Below are positions 53,554 through 63,387 of a DNA stretch of 64,000 bases, piece by piece (position 1 is the first letter of the stretch; the number at the start of each line of letters is the position of its first letter). A program made the position numbers and the translations under genes. The stretch lies in IMG/VR virus record IMGVR_UViG_3300021364_000001, positions 64,001 to 128,000 of that record; one strand, given 5' to 3'. The notes beneath the pieces were generated by a model. That model worked only from the letters and a program-made list of their open reading frames with translations. It did not search any database and had not been told where the DNA came from. Origin of the DNA: a virus.

Positions 53554-55782
53554 CTATGCGATCTGTCCCGCGAACGATGAGAGCATCCTTCGATTGACAG
53601 ACTTAGACTTCAAGGACTTCCTGAATGCTGACTTGATCTGAGTCTTGGTTGCATCATCAGCAACCTCCATTTCAGTGTCAGAACTGTACGAATTGGACTT
53701 CAAGACATACAGTTCAGTGTAAGGACTGTTGTGAACGATAGTAGACTTGTTCTTGCTAAAATCTTTGGAGTATTTATCAGTGTCCCAGATACCCAGGACA
53801 TGCAGATAGTGGACCATAGAACGATTCTGGCAGATACGGAACCCAAGAACACTACACTGAGGGTATGCAGAACGGAGGATCTTCAACAGACCAGCAGTAG
53901 CAGAGGAGTTAGCATTCTCGATGCCAGTGTGGTAGCGACCATTGTCACGAACAACAGTGTTGTAGGGCAGTGTGGAGATGTAAGGACGGTCAAAGTAAGG
54001 AGAATCCTCAGGAGACTTGGTATATCCAAGGCACTGAGACTCACCGTCAGTCAGGACCAGTAGATGGGTCTTTTCAACACCCTGCTTACGCTGCCACTCA
54101 CCAAGATACTGACGCATAACCACGAGAGCATCATTCAGAGGAGTGCCACCGAGACCCATGAAGTGAGGAGGAGCAGGACGGAAGTTGTAGAAACTCTGGG
54201 GTTTCCAGTAGTTTGCAACACGATAGAGGTACTTACACTGACGCTTGAAATTCTTGTTATTACCTTCGCTGGACAGCAGGTTTACAAGTTTGAAACGCTT
54301 GTCCAACCAGAACTCACCGTCGTTGCGAGTCTGAGGATCAGGAAGATCCTTCCACTCAGTGTCAGGTTCAAGACCGAAGAAGCGATTCTGCTGATGATCG
54401 GTGACAAAAGAGTACACATCGAAGGGGACACCAACTTTCTTACAGAATTGAGCAAGGTTGATGACCTGACATACTGTCTCGAAGATCTCCTGTGCCATAG
54501 AACCAGACCAGTCAAGCAGGAAAAGCATACCGTGGTTCTTACCATCAGGAGTACGAGTCACCTTTTTGAAGATATCATCGTTGAACTTGTAAGTATGCAG
54601 TTTGCCGAGGTCAAGAACACCAGTACGAGAGGTGGTAGACCGTGCATAAGCAGAAGCAGACTTCTTACATTCAAACTCCTTGACCAGGTAGTTCACATCC
54701 TTAGCAGTGTTGTTGCAGAACTGGGTGAAGTCAGCATCAACAGCGGCAAAAGGAGACTCATGATCAGAGTAGTATTCGTCCCACCACACCTCTGCTGCAT
54801 CCCACAGAGCAGCGTTGGGGGTGATGATCTTACTCATGTCAAACTTGGGGAAAGAGACATAAGTGGGAGGAAGGGCACCCTTGTTGATCAGAGACTGTGC
54901 CTTGGTATCAAAGTTGTCCTGAGTTGCAACGTTGTCAATGTCGGGTTCAGCATAGTCATAGGACGGAGTTTCCAGATCAGCGTCATCTTTGTCGAAGTTA
55001 CGCTCAGAACGGTGGTCTTCCTCAGGGTCACTGTCAGTGAACCAGGGGCGTGGTTCTTCACCTTCACCAGATGCTTCGTTCTGTTGCTCACGTTCCTGTG
55101 CTTTGTCAAGCATCTCTTCGTGAGTCATGCCAGAAGATTGTTGGTTACCCTGAGGTGACGGGGTGACAGACTTCTGCTTCTCTTGCTGCTGCTTGGCATA
55201 TTCGTAAATAGCAACAGCAGCGGCAATCGCTTCTTCAAACGTCTCAGCAGCGCCCACAGCGTCACGCAGAGGGGTCTCAGCGTCATTAAAAGGCAGCATT
55301 GCATAGGCACCGATCTTGAAGTGGAGGTTGATACGATCGATGAGAGTCATCTTGCTCAGGTCTTCGTCCTTGATGCAGAAGAAATCCTGATCATTGAGTT
55401 GCTGATACCCAGAATAGAAGTCCTTGGTCAGACCAGGATACTTACGCTTCATCAGTTTCTCGATACGAGCATCCTCAGTCACATTGATATATGCCTTCGG
55501 GCAAGGAGGATTGTCAAGGGTGTCATCGTTAGGGGTGAACAGGGCATGACCGACCTCATGACCGACCAGCATGGTGTACACCGTGTTGCTTGCACGTTCC
55601 CACAGAGGGAGAGTCAGGACACGCTTCTCAACATCGAAGGAAGCAGTGGAGACTTGCTTGTGCTGCACCAGCAGGTTTTCGGTAGCAAGCAGTCGTGCGA
55701 GGTTGCCTTTGATCTCTTGGGTGTTGTACATCGGTTCTCGTCTGTATGAATACAGTATAAGACCCCATGGGAGATCTCCCAC
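53554..55782 (-). CDS. CobT-like protein: N-terminal HExxH peptidase-like domain plus VWA domain
   Basis: GHEVGHA; LLDWSGSM MIDAS motif; GGTPLN; LTDGE; probable start MYNTQEI at about 55731. Confidence 0.85.
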   Translation of the reverse strand: MGDLPWGLILYSYRREPMYNTQEIKGNLARLLATENLLVQHKQVSTASFDVEKRVLTLPLWERASNTVYTMLVGHEVGHALFTPNDDTLDNPPCPKAYINVTEDARIEKLMKRKYPGLTKDFYSGYQQLNDQDFFCIKDEDLSKMTLIDRINLHFKIGAYAMLPFNDAETPLRDAVGAAETFEEAIAAAVAIYEYAKQQQEKQKSVTPSPQGNQQSSGMTHEEMLDKAQEREQQNEASGEGEEPRPWFTDSDPEEDHRSERNFDKDDADLETPSYDYAEPDIDNVATQDNFDTKAQSLINKGALPPTYVSFPKFDMSKIITPNAALWDAAEVWWDEYYSDHESPFAAVDADFTQFCNNTAKDVNYLVKEFECKKSASAYARSTTSRTGVLDLGKLHTYKFNDDIFKKVTRTPDGKNHGMLFLLDWSGSMAQEIFETVCQVINLAQFCKKVGVPFDVYSFVTDHQQNRFFGLEPDTEWKDLPDPQTRNDGEFWLDKRFKLVNLLSSEGNNKNFKRQCKYLYRVANYWKPQSFYNFRPAPPHFMGLGGTPLNDALVVMRQYLGEWQRKQGVEKTHLLVLTDGESQCLGYTKSPEDSPYFDRPYISTLPYNTVVRDNGRYHTGIENANSSATAGLLKILRSAYPQCSVLGFRICQNRSMVHYLHVLGIWDTDKYSKDFSKNKSTIVHNSPYTELYVLKSNSYSSDTEMEVADDATKTQIKSAFRKSLKSKSVNRRMLSSFAGQIA

Positions 55783-55796
55783 AGGGTCTGTGACGC

Positions 55797-56156
55797 TTAT
55801 TCAGGTGTCCCTTGCGGGTCTTCGTCCAACGGTCTTATGAACTGGGAAGCAACCATGTCTGTTGCTTGCAAGTAATCATACATATACCTGACTGCTGAGT
55901 CTGGCATCGTGTGGTTCCCGCAAGTAAACACATCACAGACTGCCATGTTCTTCTCTGGCCAAGTGTGAATGCTGATATGTGACTCTGCTAGGAGTGCGAC
56001 AGCAGTAACACCGAGTGGAGAGAACTTGTGACTGGTAATGTCTAGCAAGGTTGCTTGTGACATTACCGCTGCATTCACCAGACAGTTTCTAATATCTGCT
56101 TCATCGTCCAGTTTATAGAGTGGACAACCTTTGAGTGTGAAGAGTATGTGTTTCAT
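55797..56156 (-). CDS. speD: S-adenosylmethionine decarboxylase proenzyme family
   Basis: LAESHISIHTWPE..DVFTCG. Confidence 0.9.
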   Translation of the reverse strand: MKHILFTLKGCPLYKLDDEADIRNCLVNAAVMSQATLLDITSHKFSPLGVTAVALLAESHISIHTWPEKNMAVCDVFTCGNHTMPDSAVRYMYDYLQATDMVASQFIRPLDEDPQGTPE

Positions 56157-57868
56157 CCCTGTATAGATGCCATGGTGGAAAAGTCTCCGTCTTTCGAGAA
56201 CTCTACGATACGCTCAAACTTATCGTAGAGTACGTCACCCTTATGTGAGATCACAAAGAGGTTAGTCTTTTCCCCCAGACCCTTCAATATCCTCATCAGT
56301 TCGTCAGTAGCAGACTGATCGAGCGACGAGTCAAACACTTCATCAAGTAGAAGAAGGTTGGTTGACACACTGTTTTTAAGTTTGGCGACTTCACGCCAGG
56401 TGAACAGCAGTGCCAGGTCGATCTTTTGTTTCTCACCCTCAGAGAACGAAGCATAAGAGAAGTCGTCTCTGAAACGAGAAAGGATCTTCTCGTTGAAGTT
56501 ATCATCAAGCGTGAAATTCACATAGAAATCCATGCTTTGAAGATATTTATTGATACGCTGGTTGATAACAGGAATGAACTTAGAAATAATCTTAGTCTTG
56601 ATCCCGCCGTCTTTGAGCAGACCAGCGACAACTTTGAGATGATCCGTCTGCTTGTTTATATTAGAGCATGATTTCTGTTTGCTGTCAAGTAGTCCTTGCA
56701 TCTCAACCAGTTCTTGCTTTTCTTTCTCCAAAGAAGCAGAGTCACTACCCACATCAGTCATGATCTGTGTGTTCTCTTTCAAGAGACGCAGTTGTTCTTT
56801 GGTGAGAGACTGAATCTCGTACCTCATGTTATTGATCTTCGATGCTTTGTCACGAAGTTCTTTAACTTGCTTAGCAAATGTGGTGATGTTACCAAGAATC
56901 TTGGACTGTGCATCATGCAGTTCAACACATTTCTGATTGAGTTCCGCTTGCTTATCGATACGAAACTCTCTGTCGATATCTTGGGTGCATACAGGACAGG
57001 TTTTGTGCTCTACAAAGAAGTCATAGTCTTTCTTAGACTGCTCATACTTGTGATGCAGTTTAGACTTCATGTCCTTGAACTTCTCATGCTTTTCGACCAT
57101 GACATCCAGTTGTAGGATTTCTGGTTCCATAGCATTTACATCCTTCTCGATGAGTTTGATCTTCTCACCAATCTCCATCACACGATTTTCATTCTTGACA
57201 AAGCGTTCTTGCTTGTCTTCTACGTGCTTGGCATCAACTTCTTCCAGGTTCTGAATGTTACGAACCTGCATATCAACTTTCTGCTGTGCAAGTTCTAGTT
57301 CGTACTCACACTGGCGTTGCTCATCCTTTGCATCTTTGATCCTCTCTTTGAGGATACCATTCATTTGTGAGAAGATCTGGATATCAAGGAGGTCTTCGAT
57401 AACTTCTCTTCGATGAGCAGCAGGTAGTTGCATGAAAGGCACAAAAGTGCTACTCCCGAGAATAACAACCTGAGTGAAAGACTTGAAGTTAAGTTTGAGA
57501 ATGCTTTGTTCAAGATGTTTCTGGTAGTCCTTGTTAGCAGCGTTCTGATCAACCAGTTCATTATTACGGTAGATCTCAAACACGCTGGGTTTGATACCAC
57601 GAACTATTTTATAATCGACGGTGCCAATTTTGAACTCCACCTCCACCAGAAGTTCACGTTCATTAACACTATTGATCAGTTGTGGTTTGTTGATCTTGCG
57701 AAACGGTTTGTTGAACAAGACAAAACAAAGCGCGTCAAGAATGGTACTCTTGCCCGCGCCGTTATTTCCTACGATCAATGTAGTGGGTGACTCAGTGAGA
57801 TCGACTTCGGTGAACTGCTGTCCAGTAGACAGAAAGTTCTTCCATCGGATCTTCTCAAATGTGATCAT
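56153..57868 (-). CDS. SbcC-like recombination endonuclease subunit (gp46)
   Basis: GNNGAGKS, FSEGEK and LLLDEVFD motifs. Confidence 0.96.
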   Translation of the reverse strand: MITFEKIRWKNFLSTGQQFTEVDLTESPTTLIVGNNGAGKSTILDALCFVLFNKPFRKINKPQLINSVNERELLVEVEFKIGTVDYKIVRGIKPSVFEIYRNNELVDQNAANKDYQKHLEQSILKLNFKSFTQVVILGSSTFVPFMQLPAAHRREVIEDLLDIQIFSQMNGILKERIKDAKDEQRQCEYELELAQQKVDMQVRNIQNLEEVDAKHVEDKQERFVKNENRVMEIGEKIKLIEKDVNAMEPEILQLDVMVEKHEKFKDMKSKLHHKYEQSKKDYDFFVEHKTCPVCTQDIDREFRIDKQAELNQKCVELHDAQSKILGNITTFAKQVKELRDKASKINNMRYEIQSLTKEQLRLLKENTQIMTDVGSDSASLEKEKQELVEMQGLLDSKQKSCSNINKQTDHLKVVAGLLKDGGIKTKIISKFIPVINQRINKYLQSMDFYVNFTLDDNFNEKILSRFRDDFSYASFSEGEKQKIDLALLFTWREVAKLKNSVSTNLLLLDEVFDSSLDQSATDELMRILKGLGEKTNLFVISHKGDVLYDKFERIVEFSKDGDFSTMASIQG

Positions 57869-57869
57869 G

Positions 57870-58133
57870 CTAATCGGTATCTCGTGGAGGGAATACTATG
57901 TCGTTTGGTGTGATGACAGTGTAGTTGTAACCATACTGAGTACAGTTCTCTTTGACAATCTCTTCTTCGACTTCCATGACTTCTAACACACGTTTGTAGT
58001 CGTCTGCCATCAGGTAACCGTGATACCGCTCGGCATCATCTTCTTGTTCAAAGATCTGAACTACCCTTTCATCGATAGTGTCATCCCGAACAGCATACAC
58101 GCCACCTGATTTCTTGTCAACTAGAACGTACAT
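57870..58133 (-). CDS. Conserved hypothetical protein (DUF3110-like)
   Basis: GVYAV..FEQEDDAERY. Confidence 0.7.
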   Translation of the reverse strand: MYVLVDKKSGGVYAVRDDTIDERVVQIFEQEDDAERYHGYLMADDYKRVLEVMEVEEEIVKENCTQYGYNYTVITPNDIVFPPRDTD

Positions 58134-59167
58134 TATAGTCTTAGTGCCTCTACATACAAGGATTTGAGTATACCAAATACCTCTTCCTTATTGTCGATCT
58201 CTTTGACACAGTTTTGAAGAATGCTCAGTGTGTCCTCTTGTTCTAGATCCTCATCAACGTCATCAAGATGCACGAATGTATCTTCAATGATCTTCAAGTC
58301 AACAATACCTGAATCGTTGATTTGTTTGAGGGTCTTGTCAAACAGAACTTGGTCCTGTTTTTTCTCGACAATGAGTTTAACGTAACTACCTTCCAGTGAG
58401 TTGTAATCAATGGTGGCAGTTTCGGAATCCCGATAGTAGATCTTGTGGAACATACTGTTAGGATTCTTTACAAACGTGAGTTTCTTGGTATCAGTATTTA
58501 GTACATTGAACCCACGATCGCAACCGTAATCATTCCAGAACATTTGGTACGGATTACCCAAATAAACCACGTTACCTTTCTTAGATCTGTGGTGGAAATG
58601 ACCACTACATACTAGATCAAACTTGGAGAACATACTTGGATCATCCCCATGTTCCATGGTGTATCCAGGAATAGGTTCAAAAGAATTAAGTTCAAGATGG
58701 CCAAGACAGATAGGCGAATTACTGCTTGCAATCGCATCGAGTGCTCTTCTTCTATTGTCATCACATATCCAAGGCAGAAGAAGTATACTAGTACCACCAA
58801 TAGATAGTTCCCTAGGATTATCCACGACAGTGATGTTGTCATAATCCCCGAGCAAAAGTTGGGGACTATTAATTCTGAGAGTATTCTTGTAGTAGATGTC
58901 ATGGTTCCCCACGAGCATGTGCATTTTCACATCACGCTCGCGTAAAGGATCAAACCACATTGCTTTCGCTGCATCCAGCGAGTTGTAGTTGATACCTTTC
59001 CTTCTGTCGAACGTATCTCCCAAAGCGATCACATTAGTGATCTTATGCTTATCTATGTAAGGGAGTACGGTTTTAGAGTAGAACTTTTGATACTTGTTAA
59101 CATATGCCTGACTGTCGTTTCGAGCACCGAAATGCTGGTCAGTTATTAGAAGTATCTTCATACTCAA
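58133..59167 (-). CDS. SbcD-like recombination endonuclease subunit (gp47)
   Basis: TDQHFG, GDTFD, GNHD and SGHFH motifs. Confidence 0.96.
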   Translation of the reverse strand: MSMKILLITDQHFGARNDSQAYVNKYQKFYSKTVLPYIDKHKITNVIALGDTFDRRKGINYNSLDAAKAMWFDPLRERDVKMHMLVGNHDIYYKNTLRINSPQLLLGDYDNITVVDNPRELSIGGTSILLLPWICDDNRRRALDAIASSNSPICLGHLELNSFEPIPGYTMEHGDDPSMFSKFDLVCSGHFHHRSKKGNVVYLGNPYQMFWNDYGCDRGFNVLNTDTKKLTFVKNPNSMFHKIYYRDSETATIDYNSLEGSYVKLIVEKKQDQVLFDKTLKQINDSGIVDLKIIEDTFVHLDDVDEDLEQEDTLSILQNCVKEIDNKEEVFGILKSLYVEALRL

Positions 59168-59330
59168 TCACAAGTTTCTTGTACTGTTTGCCTGCACTGG
59201 TGACACAAGTCTGGGTGTATGTTACACCACCCAGAATGCTAGTCAGTTCTGCAATCAATTCTCTGGTGCGGTCTTCGGCAGTGCCACCCCGCCAATAGTT
59301 CTCCATGTAGTTGTCTGACATGTGTGCCAT
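59139..59330 (-). CDS. Small hypothetical protein
   Basis: 63-aa ORF coupled to gp55 and gp47. Confidence 0.65.
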   Translation of the reverse strand: MAHMSDNYMENYWRGGTAEDRTRELIAELTSILGGVTYTQTCVTSAGKQYKKLVIEYEDTSNN

Positions 59331-59821
59331 CAGTACCTCGTGTTGGATTCGACTCGGGACTTAATGTAGTTCATGTCTGCCATGTTGTCAAGGTCGTCAC
59401 TATGCATGACTTCCTCCCATCCCTTACGTTCTAGGATCTTCTCTCTAATTGACTGCTGCCTCTTCTCTTTGGCAATCCTACGCAGGTATGCATAGTACAC
59501 AATCTGTGTGAAGTATGCAAACGGGTTGGATGATTTCTCTGGATCAAAGTTATGGATGTACTGAATACAGTTCTCGATACCATCACCAATCATGTCCTCA
59601 CGGTACATGTAGTTGATGAAGTTGGGACGATAAGAGAGGTGCGTAGCAATTTTAAGGAAGCATTCACCAATATAGTTCGACACACGAGGTTTGGGTTCAC
59701 CCTTCTCTGCTGCCTGAGCACACTTGTTACGGTAGATAATCAGTTCATGAAGGAACTGCTTGTTATCTACATAGTGTTCTTTCTTTTTGGCGTTCTTCCG
59801 TGCTGGCATAGAAATAGTCAT
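59330..59821 (-). CDS. Late-transcription sigma factor (gp55)
   Basis: HYVDNKQF..KIATHLSYRPNF..Y..DMIGDG..NPFAYFTQI. Confidence 0.96.
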   Translation of the reverse strand: MTISMPARKNAKKKEHYVDNKQFLHELIIYRNKCAQAAEKGEPKPRVSNYIGECFLKIATHLSYRPNFINYMYREDMIGDGIENCIQYIHNFDPEKSSNPFAYFTQIVYYAYLRRIAKEKRQQSIREKILERKGWEEVMHSDDLDNMADMNYIKSRVESNTRY

Positions 59822-59957
59822 AGTGGTCCTTCACGGATAGCATAATGTTAACTTATGGTGACAAAAAAGTCAAGTGACAAAGTGACGGCTTGACAAGAAG
59901 AAGAATTATAATTATAGTAACACAGTCAGGGTTCAGAGACAGAGTACCTTTAAGTTA

Positions 59958-60407
59958 TTACTTAGAGGATGACTCACTATTGAATATCTTCTCTAAGAAA
60001 GATCTTGCTTCATCAACCTTAGACACCAGACCCATACTCTTGTTCATTGGAACTTCGGTCTCAGTGTCTTCTTCATTCATAATCTCTTTTCTAACCCAAC
60101 GCTTATACATCATCACTGCTTCCTTTGACATAGGAGCAATGGTAGTAACAGAGGATTCATCTAACACATAGAAGTCTTCATCAGAGAAGTTCATCCAGCG
60201 GATGAATGCCATAGCAACTTTCTGGTTCTTTGCATCTTCATCAGGATCCAACTCAATGACTTTTGTCTTAGCAGGATTCTGAATGAAGATCATATCTGTC
60301 TGAGTATCAGGATCTGTACTAACGAGGATCTCACCTAAGACCTCCTCCCCTGATGTCAGTTTGACTGTGCCGTAGAACTGTTCGTCGTGTCGAATGTAAT
60401 TAATCAT
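59958..60407 (-). CDS. Conserved hypothetical protein (Sm-like fold)
   Basis: FYGTVKLTSGEEV; usual position downstream of uvsW. Confidence 0.75.
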   Translation of the reverse strand: MINYIRHDEQFYGTVKLTSGEEVLGEILVSTDPDTQTDMIFIQNPAKTKVIELDPDEDAKNQKVAMAFIRWMNFSDEDFYVLDESSVTTIAPMSKEAVMMYKRWVRKEIMNEEDTETEVPMNKSMGLVSKVDEARSFLEKIFNSESSSK

Positions 60408-61878
60408 GTTTTAGTTTGATCTCCTTGATTTCGTAATTGAATGACTCTTCTTGATAGATCTTGATTCTTTCAGCAAGATGACGAAGGGTATAATTACTTC
60501 TGGATCCTCGGGAGCAGTTGTCTGCAATGTCATACAACACTGCCTGCGCCTTGTTTTCACCTTTACGAAGGACACGTCCAATAGATTGAAGGTTCCTTAC
60601 TCTCGACTTGGATGGACTAGCAAAAATTACATTGTGTAGATTCTTGATATTGATACCAGTAGAGAAAGTTCCATACGATGCCAGGATGATGGCATTGTTT
60701 TCTTTCTCACAGATAGATCGTGCTTGTTCACGATCGTAGGCGTCAATGCCACCGTGGATAAAGAAAGTCCTGCGTGGTTCAGGACCGCTCTTGACCTTAT
60801 TATTTAGCATCTCCCACAAAGGGTCCCCGTGCTTCTCCACGTAGTTGAACAGGATGAGAGTGTTACCTTTCAGATCACACGCTAGATTGGTGATCAGATT
60901 ATTTCTCTTACCATGACTGATGATGTAGTCCATCTCCTGATGGTAATCATCGAAAGGAACATACCCATGATTCAGCAGTAGGATATTTACTTTCAGTGGG
61001 GTGAGGTGTCCCTTCTTCATAAGGTCAGCAGTCTTTGTCACCTTGTCACATCGACCAAACAAACCTTCTAACACCAACTGATGAGTGTGCATACCATCGA
61101 GAGTACCTGTCAGTCCTACGCGGTATTTTGCATCATGGCACTTGGTGAGAATACCTGACAGACTTTTCGCTTTGTATAGGTGTGCCTCGTCACCGATGAC
61201 TACATCAAAGTCCTTGAAGAACTTACGAGGTTCTTTGTAGATACTCTGCCAGGTAGAGATGACCACAGGTGCGTTTGTGTACTTCTCTGTGCCACCCATG
61301 ATCTTGTGACAGTATGCATCTGCCTTCCACCCATATTGTTGGAAGTCTTTGTACATCTGTTCAACCAGAGATACAGTAGGTACAATGATCAGCACACGAC
61401 GATCTAGACCTAGGTGCCAACGCACCAGAGCGTAGATGATCAGAGACTTTCCTGATCCTGTCGGGGATAGTAGAAGTCTGCGATTGTACCTAAGTGCCTG
61501 GTAAATTGCTCGTAACTGGTAATCTCTTGCTTTGAAAGGGAGTCCGAGAGATCTAACAAACCCCGCAGTTGCCTCAGGAGATACGAGTAGTTCACATTCA
61601 TTTGGTTTACCATAGAACTTGCTGTCTTCAACTTCCCATTCATATCCCTTCTCATCCAGAAACTCACACAGATAATCAAAAAGACCCGCATATATCTCCC
61701 CAGTAGCAGGAGAGTATAAGCGGATCTTGCCATCCCATTTCCATTTTTGATACTGAGGCATGTACTTTGCCTGAGGAACTTCAAACTGGAAGTGATCACT
61801 CAGTTCTTGATGTACATGTGGTTCTGCTGTTACCTTGACATAGACTTCATTCTTTTTTTCAATCTTAGTAATCACCAT
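60400..61878 (-). CDS. uvsW: SF2 DNA helicase
   Basis: PTGSGKS, GDEAH, GLTGT and QSIGR motifs. Confidence 0.96.
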   Translation of the reverse strand: MVITKIEKKNEVYVKVTAEPHVHQELSDHFQFEVPQAKYMPQYQKWKWDGKIRLYSPATGEIYAGLFDYLCEFLDEKGYEWEVEDSKFYGKPNECELLVSPEATAGFVRSLGLPFKARDYQLRAIYQALRYNRRLLLSPTGSGKSLIIYALVRWHLGLDRRVLIIVPTVSLVEQMYKDFQQYGWKADAYCHKIMGGTEKYTNAPVVISTWQSIYKEPRKFFKDFDVVIGDEAHLYKAKSLSGILTKCHDAKYRVGLTGTLDGMHTHQLVLEGLFGRCDKVTKTADLMKKGHLTPLKVNILLLNHGYVPFDDYHQEMDYIISHGKRNNLITNLACDLKGNTLILFNYVEKHGDPLWEMLNNKVKSGPEPRRTFFIHGGIDAYDREQARSICEKENNAIILASYGTFSTGINIKNLHNVIFASPSKSRVRNLQSIGRVLRKGENKAQAVLYDIADNCSRGSRSNYTLRHLAERIKIYQEESFNYEIKEIKLKHD

Positions 61879-62287
61879 GTCGTCTCAGATCAATGAAATT
61901 CTTAATCTGGAACCCACGAGAGGAACACTGTTTAAGAATCTGTTCTAAGTAATTTATACAAGTTTCAAGGTAGTCGATCTTCTGCTTGTTTCTCAACCAG
62001 TCTTCGTCTGCCCAGATGTATGTGGTGATGTCAGTTTTGAGTACCTTATGATTGAATGGTTTCTCAGCGTATACCTTAGCGGGTGCCTTGCCTGAGTAGT
62101 ATTCAAACTTCTGTTTGTACAGCATCTTTGCTTTGGTCTCAGCATCCGATAGCATCAGTTTGAACTGGGACCAGATGTTCAGGTACTTCTCGTGGATAAC
62201 AGTGACCTTGAAGTTTTCAGTGTCGAGATCGTTCTGGTCTACAACACAGTCCTCTCTCCACATCTCACGGATTTCATCTAATGTCAT
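61865..62287 (-). CDS. uvsY: Recombination mediator
   Basis: HEKYL..YYSGKA..RGFQIKNFI. Confidence 0.9.
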   Translation of the reverse strand: MTLDEIREMWREDCVVDQNDLDTENFKVTVIHEKYLNIWSQFKLMLSDAETKAKMLYKQKFEYYSGKAPAKVYAEKPFNHKVLKTDITTYIWADEDWLRNKQKIDYLETCINYLEQILKQCSSRGFQIKNFIDLRRHGDY

Positions 62288-62856
62288 TCAAGTGTGGTCC
62301 TCCTTGCACCTTCTTTGTCTACGATGTCATACGAAGTATACCTGAACTCGACTGATGCCGTGGCATACTCTGTACCATCAATAGTAGCATTAAATTCCAG
62401 AGCATTCAACGACACAGGGAACAAGTCCTTGAAGTTGACAAAGAAGTTAGTCTGCATGTTAGAGTTCATGACAGCAAGAGAACCATCACAACGTGGTGTG
62501 TACTGCTCTTCATAGTCTCCACGTTCCCACGTATGGTTACCACCACTGATACCACGCATCCAGTTGTGGATAATCAAATAATTTTCTAAGTCTTCGTCTA
62601 CCAGGAACGTCAGTGTGAACGGTTCGTAGTTCAAACCATGAGCATCCCACGGTACAGGGCGACCCAGCATAGTAGGTTGCTCGATCGTGTTCAGTCCGAT
62701 ACCAGGAATGTTTGCAGACTGTGAGAAGTAAGGCACCTTGGGGAACTGTTCCAACAGCATCTTAAACCCAATAGGCGACAAGAAGTTTCTGTTATCCAGC
62801 TGCTTGGTCCACAGTGCTGTAAGATCCTGGTTGTTCTCTACGCCATACAGTGCCAT
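62284..62856 (-). CDS. Tail completion / tube terminator (gp3)
   Basis: NRNFLSPIGF..ANIPGI..LTFLVDEDLENY..FPVSL. Confidence 0.9.
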   Translation of the reverse strand: MALYGVENNQDLTALWTKQLDNRNFLSPIGFKMLLEQFPKVPYFSQSANIPGIGLNTIEQPTMLGRPVPWDAHGLNYEPFTLTFLVDEDLENYLIIHNWMRGISGGNHTWERGDYEEQYTPRCDGSLAVMNSNMQTNFFVNFKDLFPVSLNALEFNATIDGTEYATASVEFRYTSYDIVDKEGARRTTLE

Positions 62857-63038
62857 TACTTGTTCCTCAGGAGTTCTTCGATTCTTCTCCTGGTATTTAT
62901 GGCATCCTCTTTCTCTTTTTCACAATGACGATATCCTCCCTTTGAATGGTAGATCATATGACCTTGATAGATCATAGTGATACCAAACAAAAAGAGGAGA
63001 ACAACTCCAATCCAATCTATAAGTGTGGATTGATCCAT
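62856..63038 (-). CDS. Small membrane protein
   Basis: N-terminal TM helix. Confidence 0.6.
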   Translation of the reverse strand: MDQSTLIDWIGVVLLFLFGITMIYQGHMIYHSKGGYRHCEKEKEDAINTRRRIEELLRNK

Positions 63039-63235
63039 GGCACAACAGGAGGGATCACTCCAATAAGTCGAAGCAGACCCTCAGCAAAAAGTGCAAGAAC
63101 AACCCACCCAACACACATAGAGATAATTGAAGCATTACGATTGTGCTTTCGTATGGCAGCATCGATCATCTCCTGTACACGTTCTTCTGTGAGTCTCTCT
63201 GGGATCTCTACATCGTTACCCCAGTTCCATTTCAT
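63017..63235 (-). CDS. Small membrane protein
   Basis: QEMIDAAIRKHNRNA plus a TM segment. Confidence 0.7.
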   Translation of the reverse strand: MKWNWGNDVEIPERLTEERVQEMIDAAIRKHNRNASIISMCVGWVVLALFAEGLLRLIGVIPPVVPWINPHL

Positions 63236-63387
63236 GCTTCTTCTCCATACCAGAAGTCTGCCCAGTCCTCAGCATCTCCTTCGTATACTGGACAGGGTTC
63301 TTCCATAAGGATGTCTGTCTTCATCCTCAGAGTTCTCTCGTGCAACTCAGGAAGCATTTCGTCGATGAAGTCTAGATCCTTGTTCAT
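63232..63387 (-). CDS. Small acidic protein (51 aa, not in ORF track)
   Basis: MNKDLDFIDEMLPELHERTLRMKTDILMEEPC..WADFWYGEEA; ATGA coupling. Confidence 0.6.
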   Translation of the reverse strand: MNKDLDFIDEMLPELHERTLRMKTDILMEEPCPVYEGDAEDWADFWYGEEA

